Shown here: one piece after another, positions 17,814 through 26,217 of the stretch
Layout of the letters: each line of letters starts with the position of its first letter
Numbering within the stretch: position 1 is the stretch's first letter
Assembly: GCA_963848295.1 (NCBI GenBank)
Contig: CAWKDB010000010.1
Span: 416,001-480,000, forward strand
Direction of reading: 5' to 3'
Source: an uncultured delta proteobacterium
GTDB taxonomy: Bacteria; Myxococcota_A; Polyangia; Haliangiales; Haliangiaceae
DNA: 64,000 nucleotides
Position numbers and translations under genes: made by a program
Notes under the pieces: model-generated
Databases searched by the model: none
Told to the model about the DNA's origin: nothing
What the model saw: only the letters and a program-made list of their open reading frames with translations

Positions 17814-19955
17814 CTAGAGCCGGGTCAACGGAGCAGTCAGCCCGAGCGCGATCGCGATGTGAACGAGCATCGTGACGAGCAACACGACGGAGAACGGGAT
17901 GTGGACCTTCTTCCATGACCGCAACAGCGCCTTGCCGCGCGGCGCGAGGTCGTTGCGCCGCTCGAGGAACACCACGCGATCGATCCGCCTGGCGATCTGA
18001 CGCGCGATCGCGCGTGGGGCAACCGAGCGCAGACGCCGGCGATAACTGCCGCGTTTCCACCATCGGCGGATCTCGTCGGCCATCACCCACGCTAGGAGCC
18101 GCACCAAGCCGAAGTTCCACGTGCGCTCGCTGTGCTGGGTCTCGACGTCGAGGATCTCGTACGCGAGGTTGCCGGCGGCCGGATGGTCTTTCGCTAGCTC
18201 GGTGATCGCACGGCGACCCTGAAGAATCGCGAAGTCGTTCTTGTTCGAGATCGAGGGCACGAACGTGTAGAGGTACCGACCGATGAGGCCGGACCCGACG
18301 ACGGCTACCATGCTCCAGAACGGAATCGACACCCACGTGGTCAATCGCATCGCGGAGTGCAACACGATGAACATCGGTCCGACGATGCCGGTCATGATGT
18401 GGACGTCGAGCCAGAACTGATTCGTCGCGGTTCGCTTGAACCACCCGAACCGCCGCTGCAGGAGATACGCCATCGATAGCACCATCAGGGCCGTACCGAC
18501 GTAGCCGCAGGTCAAGGCGAGCTTCGAGCCGGCGAGAAAGCTGATGTTGAGCCGCGCGATCTCCGGCTCGATGTTCTCGTAGTGCGTCATCAGGTAATAG
18601 CTGGCCGACCAGGTCGGGTGCCACCAGCGCAACGCGATCTCGACGGTGACGACGAGAAGCGATCCGAGTCCGAGTAACCACAAGAGCAAGCTGAGCTTGC
18701 GGACACGAACGCGCGCATCACCGGAATCGTGAACGCCGAGGCCTTCGACGAACGGCGCCTCGGGCAACACGACGAGCTTGCGGCCACGCTTCGTCGGGGC
18801 GCCCGGTTCGGGCCGCTCGCGAAACAGCGTCGCCGGCGACAGCTCGATCAGGGACCCGGTCGGACATGCTGATACGCATGCTTGGTCGCCATAACCGGCG
18901 CAGTGATCGCACTTGTTCGCGATCCGTCGCGCTGGCGCCTTTCGGCCCTTGCCCGGGCCGAACGCGAGCGAGTTCTTCTTCTCGAGCCGCGCCTTGAACT
19001 GCGGGTTGAAGCTCGGCATCTCGGGTTCGGCGACGTTGACCATGTCGATCGCGCCGTACGGGCAAGACAGCGCGCACAGGCTGCAACCGATACACTTGTC
19101 CTCGATGATCTGGATCTCGCCGGTCTTCGCGTCGCGTTTGATCGCGTCGTGCTCGCACGGCGACAGGCAACGCGCGTCGGTGCAAGTGCGACACGTAAAT
19201 ACGAAATCGAGCAGCCCGAGCTCGTAACCACCTAGCGTGAGCCGGCGCGCGCCGTGACGCTCTTCGCACGCGTCTTCGCACTGCTTGCAGTCGATGCACA
19301 GGTCGAGCTGGCGGACCCGCACGATCGGACCCGCGACCGACATGCCGTTACGCGTGTAGAAATCGAGGATCTCGTGCTTGATACCGGTGATCGAGCGCAG
19401 CCGTGCATTCGTCAGCGCGACCGCTGCCGCGATCGACCGATCTGTGCCAGGAGCATGCTGCGCGAGCCAGGCAACCGCCTCGCCTCCGATCATCATCGCG
19501 ATGGCGCCGGTGATCGAGAAAGCGTGAACGCGGTCGTCGCTGGTCGCGCTCGCGATCGCTTGATAGTTGAACAGCTCGCCGGCGTGGAACAGCGCGAGGT
19601 TCTGCTTCGCCGCGCGCGCGAGCGGCCCCGGGGGCAGCAACGTACCTTCCTTCTCGCCGATCGCGGCGTCGCGTTGCGGGCGACCGCGCTCGGCGAGCGT
19701 CGCCGGATCGAACACGCCGATCGAGATCTGGCCACTGACGACAAAACACAACGCGCTGGTCAGCGCCGCGGGTGGCTCGAGGACCGTGTCGCGCGCTACC
19801 TCCAGCCGGCAGACCAAGCCGGCGGTGACGAGTTGGCCGAGCACGCGGTCCGGCACTTCCGAGAGTAGGCCGATCGCGCGCAGCGCCGCATGCGTTGCAT
19901 CCAACGGCGCGGCCGTGTCGCGCTCGCGCGCGGCGGGTTCGACCGTGACCGCCAT
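17814..19955 (-). CDS. Fusion: cNMP-binding-like domain + 4x[4Fe-4S] ferredoxin + 4-His membrane domain
   Basis: FVVSGQI...AGELF; CIDCKQCEDAC, CRTCTDARCLSPC, CIGCSLCALSCP, CDHC..ACVSACP; TM His in WLDVH, IVLH, KKVHIP, MLVH; SGLIGRYLY. Confidence 0.85.
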   Translation of the reverse strand: MAVTVEPAARERDTAAPLDATHAALRAIGLLSEVPDRVLGQLVTAGLVCRLEVARDTVLEPPAALTSALCFVVSGQISIGVFDPATLAERGRPQRDAAIGEKEGTLLPPGPLARAAKQNLALFHAGELFNYQAIASATSDDRVHAFSITGAIAMMIGGEAVAWLAQHAPGTDRSIAAAVALTNARLRSITGIKHEILDFYTRNGMSVAGPIVRVRQLDLCIDCKQCEDACEERHGARRLTLGGYELGLLDFVFTCRTCTDARCLSPCEHDAIKRDAKTGEIQIIEDKCIGCSLCALSCPYGAIDMVNVAEPEMPSFNPQFKARLEKKNSLAFGPGKGRKAPARRIANKCDHCAGYGDQACVSACPTGSLIELSPATLFRERPEPGAPTKRGRKLVVLPEAPFVEGLGVHDSGDARVRVRKLSLLLWLLGLGSLLVVTVEIALRWWHPTWSASYYLMTHYENIEPEIARLNISFLAGSKLALTCGYVGTALMVLSMAYLLQRRFGWFKRTATNQFWLDVHIMTGIVGPMFIVLHSAMRLTTWVSIPFWSMVAVVGSGLIGRYLYTFVPSISNKNDFAILQGRRAITELAKDHPAAGNLAYEILDVETQHSERTWNFGLVRLLAWVMADEIRRWWKRGSYRRRLRSVAPRAIARQIARRIDRVVFLERRNDLAPRGKALLRSWKKVHIPFSVVLLVTMLVHIAIALGLTAPLTRL

Positions 19956-19957
19956 GG

Positions 19958-21904
19958 CTAACCCGGCGAGCTTTCGTCGAGCGCGGTGACCGCAGTTCGC
20001 GTGTCGCCGGTATCGAACGGGTTCGGGCGCTTCGACTCTCCGACCGCGAGACGATCGCCGAACGCTTCGATCTCGCCGGTATCGAACGCGAACTGCTGCG
20101 CGATCGGCCGCTTCGGTGGTGGCGGTGGGACGCGCCGCGGCTTCGCCGAGGTCGGCCGCACCGGGCCCGCACCAACGAACGTGCTCTCCGGGGCGAACCG
20201 ATTGCCGCGCGTGACGCTCGTCGTCGCGGAGTCCCCGAACGGATTACCGGTGATCGCGGGAACTGCGCCGGTGGCGCGCCCCAAGCTCGCCGACGACGGC
20301 ACCGCACGGCGGGCGAGCCGGTTCACCGGAATCAATGGATCGGTCTTGGTCTTCGGCTTCGTCGCCGGCTTCGCGCTCGAGACACGCTGGAGGTCGGAGA
20401 TCTTGAACACACCCGAGAGATCGCTGACCGCATCACGCAGCTCGTCGCGAATCTGACCGACCGCGGCCCGGACCTTGCGCGGTGACGGTCGCGCGCTCGT
20501 CTGCTGGGTGCCGCGCACGAGTGCGATCGATTCGTCGGCCGTGCGCGGACACTCGCTCGCGTCCGGAACCAAGCGACGGACGACCTCGTCGGACGCGCCG
20601 AGCGTGTAGAGGTGCGGTCTCTCGACGAACCGCACGCCGATCGCTTCCAGCCATGCGACCGGAGTATCCGCGCCGATCAGCACGAAGGCATGCTGGTTCG
20701 CGATCGCCGAGGTCGAGCCGTCCTTGAGCTTGATCTCGACACCGTCGCCGGTGAACTGCTGCACGTTCGACTCGAGAAGCACGTCGAGCTTTCCGGTGCT
20801 CGTCATCTCGGCAAGTCGCTTCTGATTGCCTTGTTTGCACCGCTTGAACCCGTCGCCGCGATACGACAGCGTGACCCGCGCCCCGACATCAGACAGCGAC
20901 AGCGCCGCTTCGACCGCCGAGTCGCCGCCGCCGACGACCAACACGTCGCGATCCGCGAACTCGGCCGGATCGTCGAGCAGCGACTGCACCTTCTCGAGGT
21001 TTGCTCCAGGTACGGCGAGCAGTCGTGGCTTGCCGCGCAACCCGGTCGCTAGCACGACGCGGTGTGCGCGATACGTCGCGACCGTAGTCTTGATCGTGAA
21101 CATCCCGTCATCGCCACGCACGACGCCCTCGACCGCCTCGCCGAGCTTCATCGGCAGCCGAACGCCCTCGACGACCTGCTGCCACGCGGCGACGAGCTCC
21201 TCTTTCGAACCATCGAACACCGGCAGATACGACGCATTCACCGCGGTCGACGGCTCGGCCATGAAGTGTTTGCCCTTGGGATAGCGCGACACCGTCGAAG
21301 AGATCACGTGCTCTTTCTCGAGCACGACACAGCTCAGCCCGCGCTTGACGCAGGTCAAGCCGGCCGACAATCCACCCGGGCCCGAGCCGACGATCACGAC
21401 GTCGAGCACGTCTCCTCTCGCGCGCTGCGGGTCGAGCTGACCCGCGATATGCTCGATCACTGCGCGTCCGAGATTGGCCGCGTTCTTGACGAGCGGCTTG
21501 CCTGCGACCTCACCGATCAGGTATTGGCCCGGCACGCCGGTCTGGAAGTGCTCGTCGAGCTCGGGCACGGTCAGCATGCGCGGTGTGCTGCCCGCGCGGT
21601 ACATGACGAGTGCCATCGTCGGACACGAGTTCGCGCACTGCTCGCACTGGACGCAGTCACTGAACCGGCTGACCTTGACCACGTGGTTGACGAGGTCGAG
21701 CACTTCGGTCGGACAGACGTCGATGCACGCCTCGCAGCCGATGCACCGGTCGTCGTTGATCGAGTGGAGCAGCGGGATCGCGGCCTCGACGTTCTCGAAG
21801 CTCGCGAGCCTGCGATAGCGCGCGCGCCGGTCGTCCATGATCGCGCCGAGCCCGAGCAGCAGCACGGCGACCGAAGCGATGGCGATGGGGATGATGGGAT
21901 CCAT
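19958..21904 (-). CDS. Membrane-anchored 2x[4Fe-4S] FAD/NAD(P)H oxidoreductase (TrxR/YpdA-like fold)
   Basis: N-terminal TM; CIGCEACIDVCP and CVQCEQCANSCP; GSGPGG FAD motif; ATG motif; VVGGGDSAVE..SYR NADPH motif; low-complexity tail. Confidence 0.9.
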   Translation of the reverse strand: MDPIIPIAIASVAVLLLGLGAIMDDRRARYRRLASFENVEAAIPLLHSINDDRCIGCEACIDVCPTEVLDLVNHVVKVSRFSDCVQCEQCANSCPTMALVMYRAGSTPRMLTVPELDEHFQTGVPGQYLIGEVAGKPLVKNAANLGRAVIEHIAGQLDPQRARGDVLDVVIVGSGPGGLSAGLTCVKRGLSCVVLEKEHVISSTVSRYPKGKHFMAEPSTAVNASYLPVFDGSKEELVAAWQQVVEGVRLPMKLGEAVEGVVRGDDGMFTIKTTVATYRAHRVVLATGLRGKPRLLAVPGANLEKVQSLLDDPAEFADRDVLVVGGGDSAVEAALSLSDVGARVTLSYRGDGFKRCKQGNQKRLAEMTSTGKLDVLLESNVQQFTGDGVEIKLKDGSTSAIANQHAFVLIGADTPVAWLEAIGVRFVERPHLYTLGASDEVVRRLVPDASECPRTADESIALVRGTQQTSARPSPRKVRAAVGQIRDELRDAVSDLSGVFKISDLQRVSSAKPATKPKTKTDPLIPVNRLARRAVPSSASLGRATGAVPAITGNPFGDSATTSVTRGNRFAPESTFVGAGPVRPTSAKPRRVPPPPPKRPIAQQFAFDTGEIEAFGDRLAVGESKRPNPFDTGDTRTAVTALDESSPG

Positions 21905-21911
21905 GGGGCGC

Positions 21912-22427
21912 TCAGAGATGGACGCGGAAGTCAGACGTGTGGCACATGGACGTGTTGCAGTTCGCGCCGGTCTCGCTGTCGACCTGGTCGAGCATCGGCA
22001 GCACGGTCGGGCACAACGACACGAACGCATACGCGGGATACGTGACGAACCCGTCGGTCGTGTAGAAGTTGCCGCTCGCTCGGCTGATCGCGGTCGCGGC
22101 GTTACCCATCGTGTCTTCGACGTAGATCGTCGCGCCGGTCGCCACCGTCCGCCCGGTCACGTCGGTGTAGATCGTGCCCGCAAACACGAAGGGCGTCCCT
22201 GGCCCGCTCTGACTGTGGCACGCGAGACAGTCGTCCCCGGCCGAGCCGTTGTTTCCAGCCGGTCCGCTGCACGTACCGTCGCTGCCATCGGCCGGCATCG
22301 CTGGTTGATCGCACGCCGGAATCGGAACGCGTGACGCCGCATCGAGATCGGACTGGCCGCTCTTCTCGGTCAGGTCGCCGGAGCAGCCGCAGAAACCGGA
22401 CACGCAGATGATGACCAACCTGTTCAC
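21912..22427 (-). CDS. Diheme cytochrome lipoprotein paralog B
   Basis: GTG start, MNRLVIICVSGFCGC; CLACH and CNTSMCH; AGTIY...GNFY. Confidence 0.8.
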   Translation of the reverse strand: MNRLVIICVSGFCGCSGDLTEKSGQSDLDAASRVPIPACDQPAMPADGSDGTCSGPAGNNGSAGDDCLACHSQSGPGTPFVFAGTIYTDVTGRTVATGATIYVEDTMGNAATAISRASGNFYTTDGFVTYPAYAFVSLCPTVLPMLDQVDSETGANCNTSMCHTSDFRVHL

Positions 22428-22443
22428 TGCGCCTAGCGATTCG

Positions 22444-22460
22444 TGCAACCGCCGTTCCGG
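22444..22460 (-). promoter_or_regulatory. Putative sigma54 promoter of the leftward redox operon
   Basis: CCGGAACGGCGGTTGCA (GG-N10-GC), 16 nt before GTG 22427. Confidence 0.65.
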
Positions 22461-22576
22461 TCGCCCGCACCGCGAACCCATCGTCTGATCGGCCTCGGAC
22501 TGTACGTCCTCCACACAGTCGTGCGGGGGCCGCACGATCGCTGACCGCGAATGTCGAGCAATTCCCGTTCTTGGTG

Positions 22577-22592
22577 TGGTGCGCATTCTGCT
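22577..22592 (+). promoter_or_regulatory. Putative sigma54 promoter of the rightward porin-cytochrome operon
   Basis: TGGTGCGCATTCTGCT, 13 nt before GTG 22606. Confidence 0.55.
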
Positions 22593-22605
22593 AGGGAGCC
22601 AGACG

Positions 22606-23904
22606 GTGAAACTCCCGTGGGGGCTAGTCACGCTTGTTGGCGCGCTGTCGGTAGCCGGTATCGCGGTCGCCGACACGCGCCACACGACCGAGCCGGTCGT
22701 GCTGCGCAAGAAGGCGGGGGAGAGAGAGACCGCGGTCGCGAACCTCCCGGCGAATGCTGCGGTGACGGTGTTGTCGGAGCAAGGACGGTGGGTGCGAGTT
22801 CGCTATGGCTCGGTCGAGGGCTACATCACGCGCACGACGATCGACGAGCCGGTACCCCAGCTGACACCGACCGCGGGGTGGAGTGCGGCGCGCCACCCCG
22901 GTGACGCCGGCGAGGTCACCGATCTGTTCGTGCAGACCACCGTAGCGAGTCGGTTGTTCGCGTCGCCTTCGACGGGGTCCGCCGCCATCGCCGAGCTGCC
23001 GAGCGGGACCAAGCTCAGCATCGTCGACGCGGCGAGCACGCCGGGTTGGATCCACGCTCGCGATGACGGTGGCCACGACGGTTGGGTCGCCCGCGCCGAG
23101 GTCAACGACACGGGCAGCGGTGTTGTCGTCGACGCGAGCAGCATCCACACCTCGAACGTCGGCGCGCCGTTCGTGCGCGCACTCACGCGAATGCACGGCG
23201 AGCTCGGCGTCGGTTATCGATCGCTCGGCATGAACATGACCGCGAACCAGGTCAATGGCTTGACCAACTATCTCGCCACATCCGACGCGATGGCCGCCGT
23301 CGGCGCGGTCGAGGCGTCGTGGACGATCGCCGGGCGGATCTACGTCGGGGCCGATGCGCGGGTGGAGGTCAGTCAGTCGTCGCCCGGGCTGGACTATCCG
23401 GGCCCGACCAACATGCCCGGCAAGATCCCGTTTGACACGTTCGAGGCCGACGCCGGCGGCGAGCTCGGGATCCACGCGAACGAGCTCGTCAACGTCGCGG
23501 TCCACCTCGGCGGCCACTACGATGCGTTCCTGCCGGACGACGTCAACAACGTCGGGATGCTCCCGCGCGAGAGCTTGGTCGGTGCGACGGTCGGTCTGCG
23601 CGCCGCACTCGTGCCTCCACACAGTCGCTTCGCCGCAGCCGCGCGCTTCGATGTGCTCGCGATCGGCTCGCGCGCCCAAACGACTGGCCTGCAAGACGGA
23701 ACCGACAGCCGCGCACATGCCGTGTGGGGGGGGGCGACGCTGAGCTACCTGATCGGCCGCCACATCGCGATGTTCGCGGGCTTCGATCTCGGCTGGGCGT
23801 CGACCCACTGGAACGGCCCATCCGCGCGCGAGCCCGGTGTCACGAACGCGCATCGGGTCGACACGTCGCAGCTCGTTCAACTCGGAGTCAGCGCCGCGCT
23901 GTAG
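22606..23904 (+). CDS. Tandem bacterial SH3 domains + C-terminal beta-barrel
   Basis: Signal peptide; VTVLSEQGRWVRVRYGSVEGYI and GWIHARDDGGHDGWV SH3b-like motifs; alternating strands ending QLGVSAAL; stop abuts the next ATG. Confidence 0.75.
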   Translation: MKLPWGLVTLVGALSVAGIAVADTRHTTEPVVLRKKAGERETAVANLPANAAVTVLSEQGRWVRVRYGSVEGYITRTTIDEPVPQLTPTAGWSAARHPGDAGEVTDLFVQTTVASRLFASPSTGSAAIAELPSGTKLSIVDAASTPGWIHARDDGGHDGWVARAEVNDTGSGVVVDASSIHTSNVGAPFVRALTRMHGELGVGYRSLGMNMTANQVNGLTNYLATSDAMAAVGAVEASWTIAGRIYVGADARVEVSQSSPGLDYPGPTNMPGKIPFDTFEADAGGELGIHANELVNVAVHLGGHYDAFLPDDVNNVGMLPRESLVGATVGLRAALVPPHSRFAAAARFDVLAIGSRAQTTGLQDGTDSRAHAVWGGATLSYLIGRHIAMFAGFDLGWASTHWNGPSAREPGVTNAHRVDTSQLVQLGVSAAL

Positions 23905-26217
23905 ATGATGCGGGCAGTCCTCCTCACGTTCGTCGCCCTGTTCGGGCTCGTCGCGGCTTCCGGCCGCGCCTACGCCGATATCTTGAAGTCGTCTCCCGGC
24001 GAGCTCGCGAAGAGCCACGCGGATCTCGATAGCCAGGACAAGTGCACGGCGTGCCACGAGCCCGACAACTCGATCTCCGCGAACAAGTGCCTCGGCTGTC
24101 ACGACCACCAGAACATGAAGAAGAAGATCGACGCGGGCGAAGGGTTCCACGCATCGCCGAAGGTGAAAGGTCGCGACTGCAAGCTGTGCCACCAAGAGCA
24201 TCGCGGTCGCGGCTTCGACTTGATGGGGTGGGCCGGTATCGGCGGCCAGAACGCGTTCGACCACAAGCTCACGACGTTCCCGCTCGACGGCAAGCACGCC
24301 GCGACGAGCTGCACGAGATGCCACACGACGACGAACCGTCAAGGCCTGCGCACGTTCCTCGGCGCCGACAAGCTGTGCGGCTCGTGCCATGCGAAGGACC
24401 AACCCCACGGCCAGGTCCGCGCGCTCGTCATGCAATGCGGCCGGTGCCACACCGAGGCCGAATGGAAACCGCAGAAGGCGACGCTCGACTTCGACCACAA
24501 CGACAAGAAGCAAGCCGCGATGGCGCTCGAGGGCACGCACGCCGATGTCGCTTGCTCGAAGTGCCACACGAAAGCGGCGTTCAAGCTGTCGCGCCCGGGT
24601 GACACGTGCGAGCAGTGTCACAAGAGTCCCCACGACGGACAGCTGTTCTCGACGAAGGCATGCTCGCTCTGCCATTCGCCGGTGCTCAAGTCGCTCCGTG
24701 AGGTCCAGTTCGATCACAAGAAGAACACCGGCTATCCACTCGTCGCGAAGCACGCGGCGCTGGCGTGCGAGACCTGCCACACCAAGGCGCTCGCGCTGAG
24801 AAAGCCGAACGGCGCGTGCGAGAGCTGTCATCAGAAAGACAACAAGCACGGGACGCGGTTCTCGAAGTTCCCCGCGTGCGCGACCTGCCATACGCAGCGC
24901 TCGTGGACCGCGAGCTATCAGTTCAACCACCGGACGAACACCGCGTTCCCGCTAACCGCAAAGCACGCGACCGTGAGCTGCCGCGCTTGTCACCGCGGGT
25001 CGCGGCCCGACGACTTCGAGCGGTTCGACATCAAGAACGGCTGCATGAGCTGCCACCAGCACAAGAAGGCGCACGGTGGTCAGTACAAGGAGAACCAGTG
25101 CCTGACCTGTCACAAGGAGGCAGGCAGCCCCGAGATCCGCCGCGAGCAAGCGATCGAGCAGTACCACGGGCCGAGCTCGAAGTTCCCGCTCGTCAACGCG
25201 CACGCGACGGTGAAGTGCGAGATGTGCCACATCAACGACGTCTATCAAAACACGCCGCGAGAGTGCGGCGTCACGTGTCACGAGGACTCGCTGCACAAGG
25301 GCACGCTCGGCCAGGAATGCTCGCGCTGTCACGAGCCCGGGCAATGGCCGGCCGTGCGCTTCGATCACAAGGACGACACGAAATGGCCGTTGAAGGGCAA
25401 GCACGCGGAGGTCAAGAACTGCGAGTCGTGCCACCCGGGGCGGGTCTATCACGGCACGCCGACGACCTGCGCCGCCTCCGGCTGCCACAAGAACGACGAC
25501 GTACATCAAGGCCAGCTCGGCACGGCGTGCGAGCGGTGCCACGACGAATCCGGCGCCGTGCTGTTCAAGCACAATCGCGATTCCAAGTTCAAGATCGACG
25601 GCGGCCACGTCTCGCTCGTGTGCGGGGCGTGCCACAAGACCGTCGCGTTCAAGCCGGTGCGGTCGGACTGCTTCGGCTGCCATCCCGAGCCGGCGATCCA
25701 CAAAGGTCGCTACGGTACCGAGTGCGAGCGGTGCCACTCGACCACGAGCTTCGGCGACATCAAGGCGCAGCACGACGTGGGCGACTTCTCGCTCGACGGT
25801 GCGCACGATCAGGTCCCGTGCGCGAGTTGCCACCCGCACGGCGAGAAGCTGCGCGGCTCCGGCAATTTGTGCGTGAATTGCCATCGCCGGGACGACATCC
25901 ACCAGGGCGCGCTGTCGCCGCGCTGTGGTGAGTGCCATACCCAGCGCGCGTTCGCGCCGGCGCGGTTCGATCACCTCAGCGTCGGTTGTTCGCTGATGGG
26001 GTTGCACTCGACGTTGCCGTGCGCGGACTGTCATCGCAATGGCAACTTCGGCGCGGTGTCGCCGATGTGCATCAGCTGCCATCGCAACGACGCGTTGCGA
26101 GTCGCGCAGCCCGATCATCGATCGAACGGTTACTTCGATTGTGGGTCGTGCCACAACCCGACGGCGTGGCTGCCCGCGCGAGCCAAGCCTCTCGGGCGTG
26201 AGACCGTATGTCGATAG
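23905..26217 (+). CDS. 30-heme periplasmic multiheme cytochrome c
   Basis: Sec signal (AYA); manual count 28 CxxCH + CGVTCH + CAASGCH, in ten 3-heme units mostly led by FDH..T.FPL.G.H. Confidence 0.95.
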   Translation: MMRAVLLTFVALFGLVAASGRAYADILKSSPGELAKSHADLDSQDKCTACHEPDNSISANKCLGCHDHQNMKKKIDAGEGFHASPKVKGRDCKLCHQEHRGRGFDLMGWAGIGGQNAFDHKLTTFPLDGKHAATSCTRCHTTTNRQGLRTFLGADKLCGSCHAKDQPHGQVRALVMQCGRCHTEAEWKPQKATLDFDHNDKKQAAMALEGTHADVACSKCHTKAAFKLSRPGDTCEQCHKSPHDGQLFSTKACSLCHSPVLKSLREVQFDHKKNTGYPLVAKHAALACETCHTKALALRKPNGACESCHQKDNKHGTRFSKFPACATCHTQRSWTASYQFNHRTNTAFPLTAKHATVSCRACHRGSRPDDFERFDIKNGCMSCHQHKKAHGGQYKENQCLTCHKEAGSPEIRREQAIEQYHGPSSKFPLVNAHATVKCEMCHINDVYQNTPRECGVTCHEDSLHKGTLGQECSRCHEPGQWPAVRFDHKDDTKWPLKGKHAEVKNCESCHPGRVYHGTPTTCAASGCHKNDDVHQGQLGTACERCHDESGAVLFKHNRDSKFKIDGGHVSLVCGACHKTVAFKPVRSDCFGCHPEPAIHKGRYGTECERCHSTTSFGDIKAQHDVGDFSLDGAHDQVPCASCHPHGEKLRGSGNLCVNCHRRDDIHQGALSPRCGECHTQRAFAPARFDHLSVGCSLMGLHSTLPCADCHRNGNFGAVSPMCISCHRNDALRVAQPDHRSNGYFDCGSCHNPTAWLPARAKPLGRETVCR

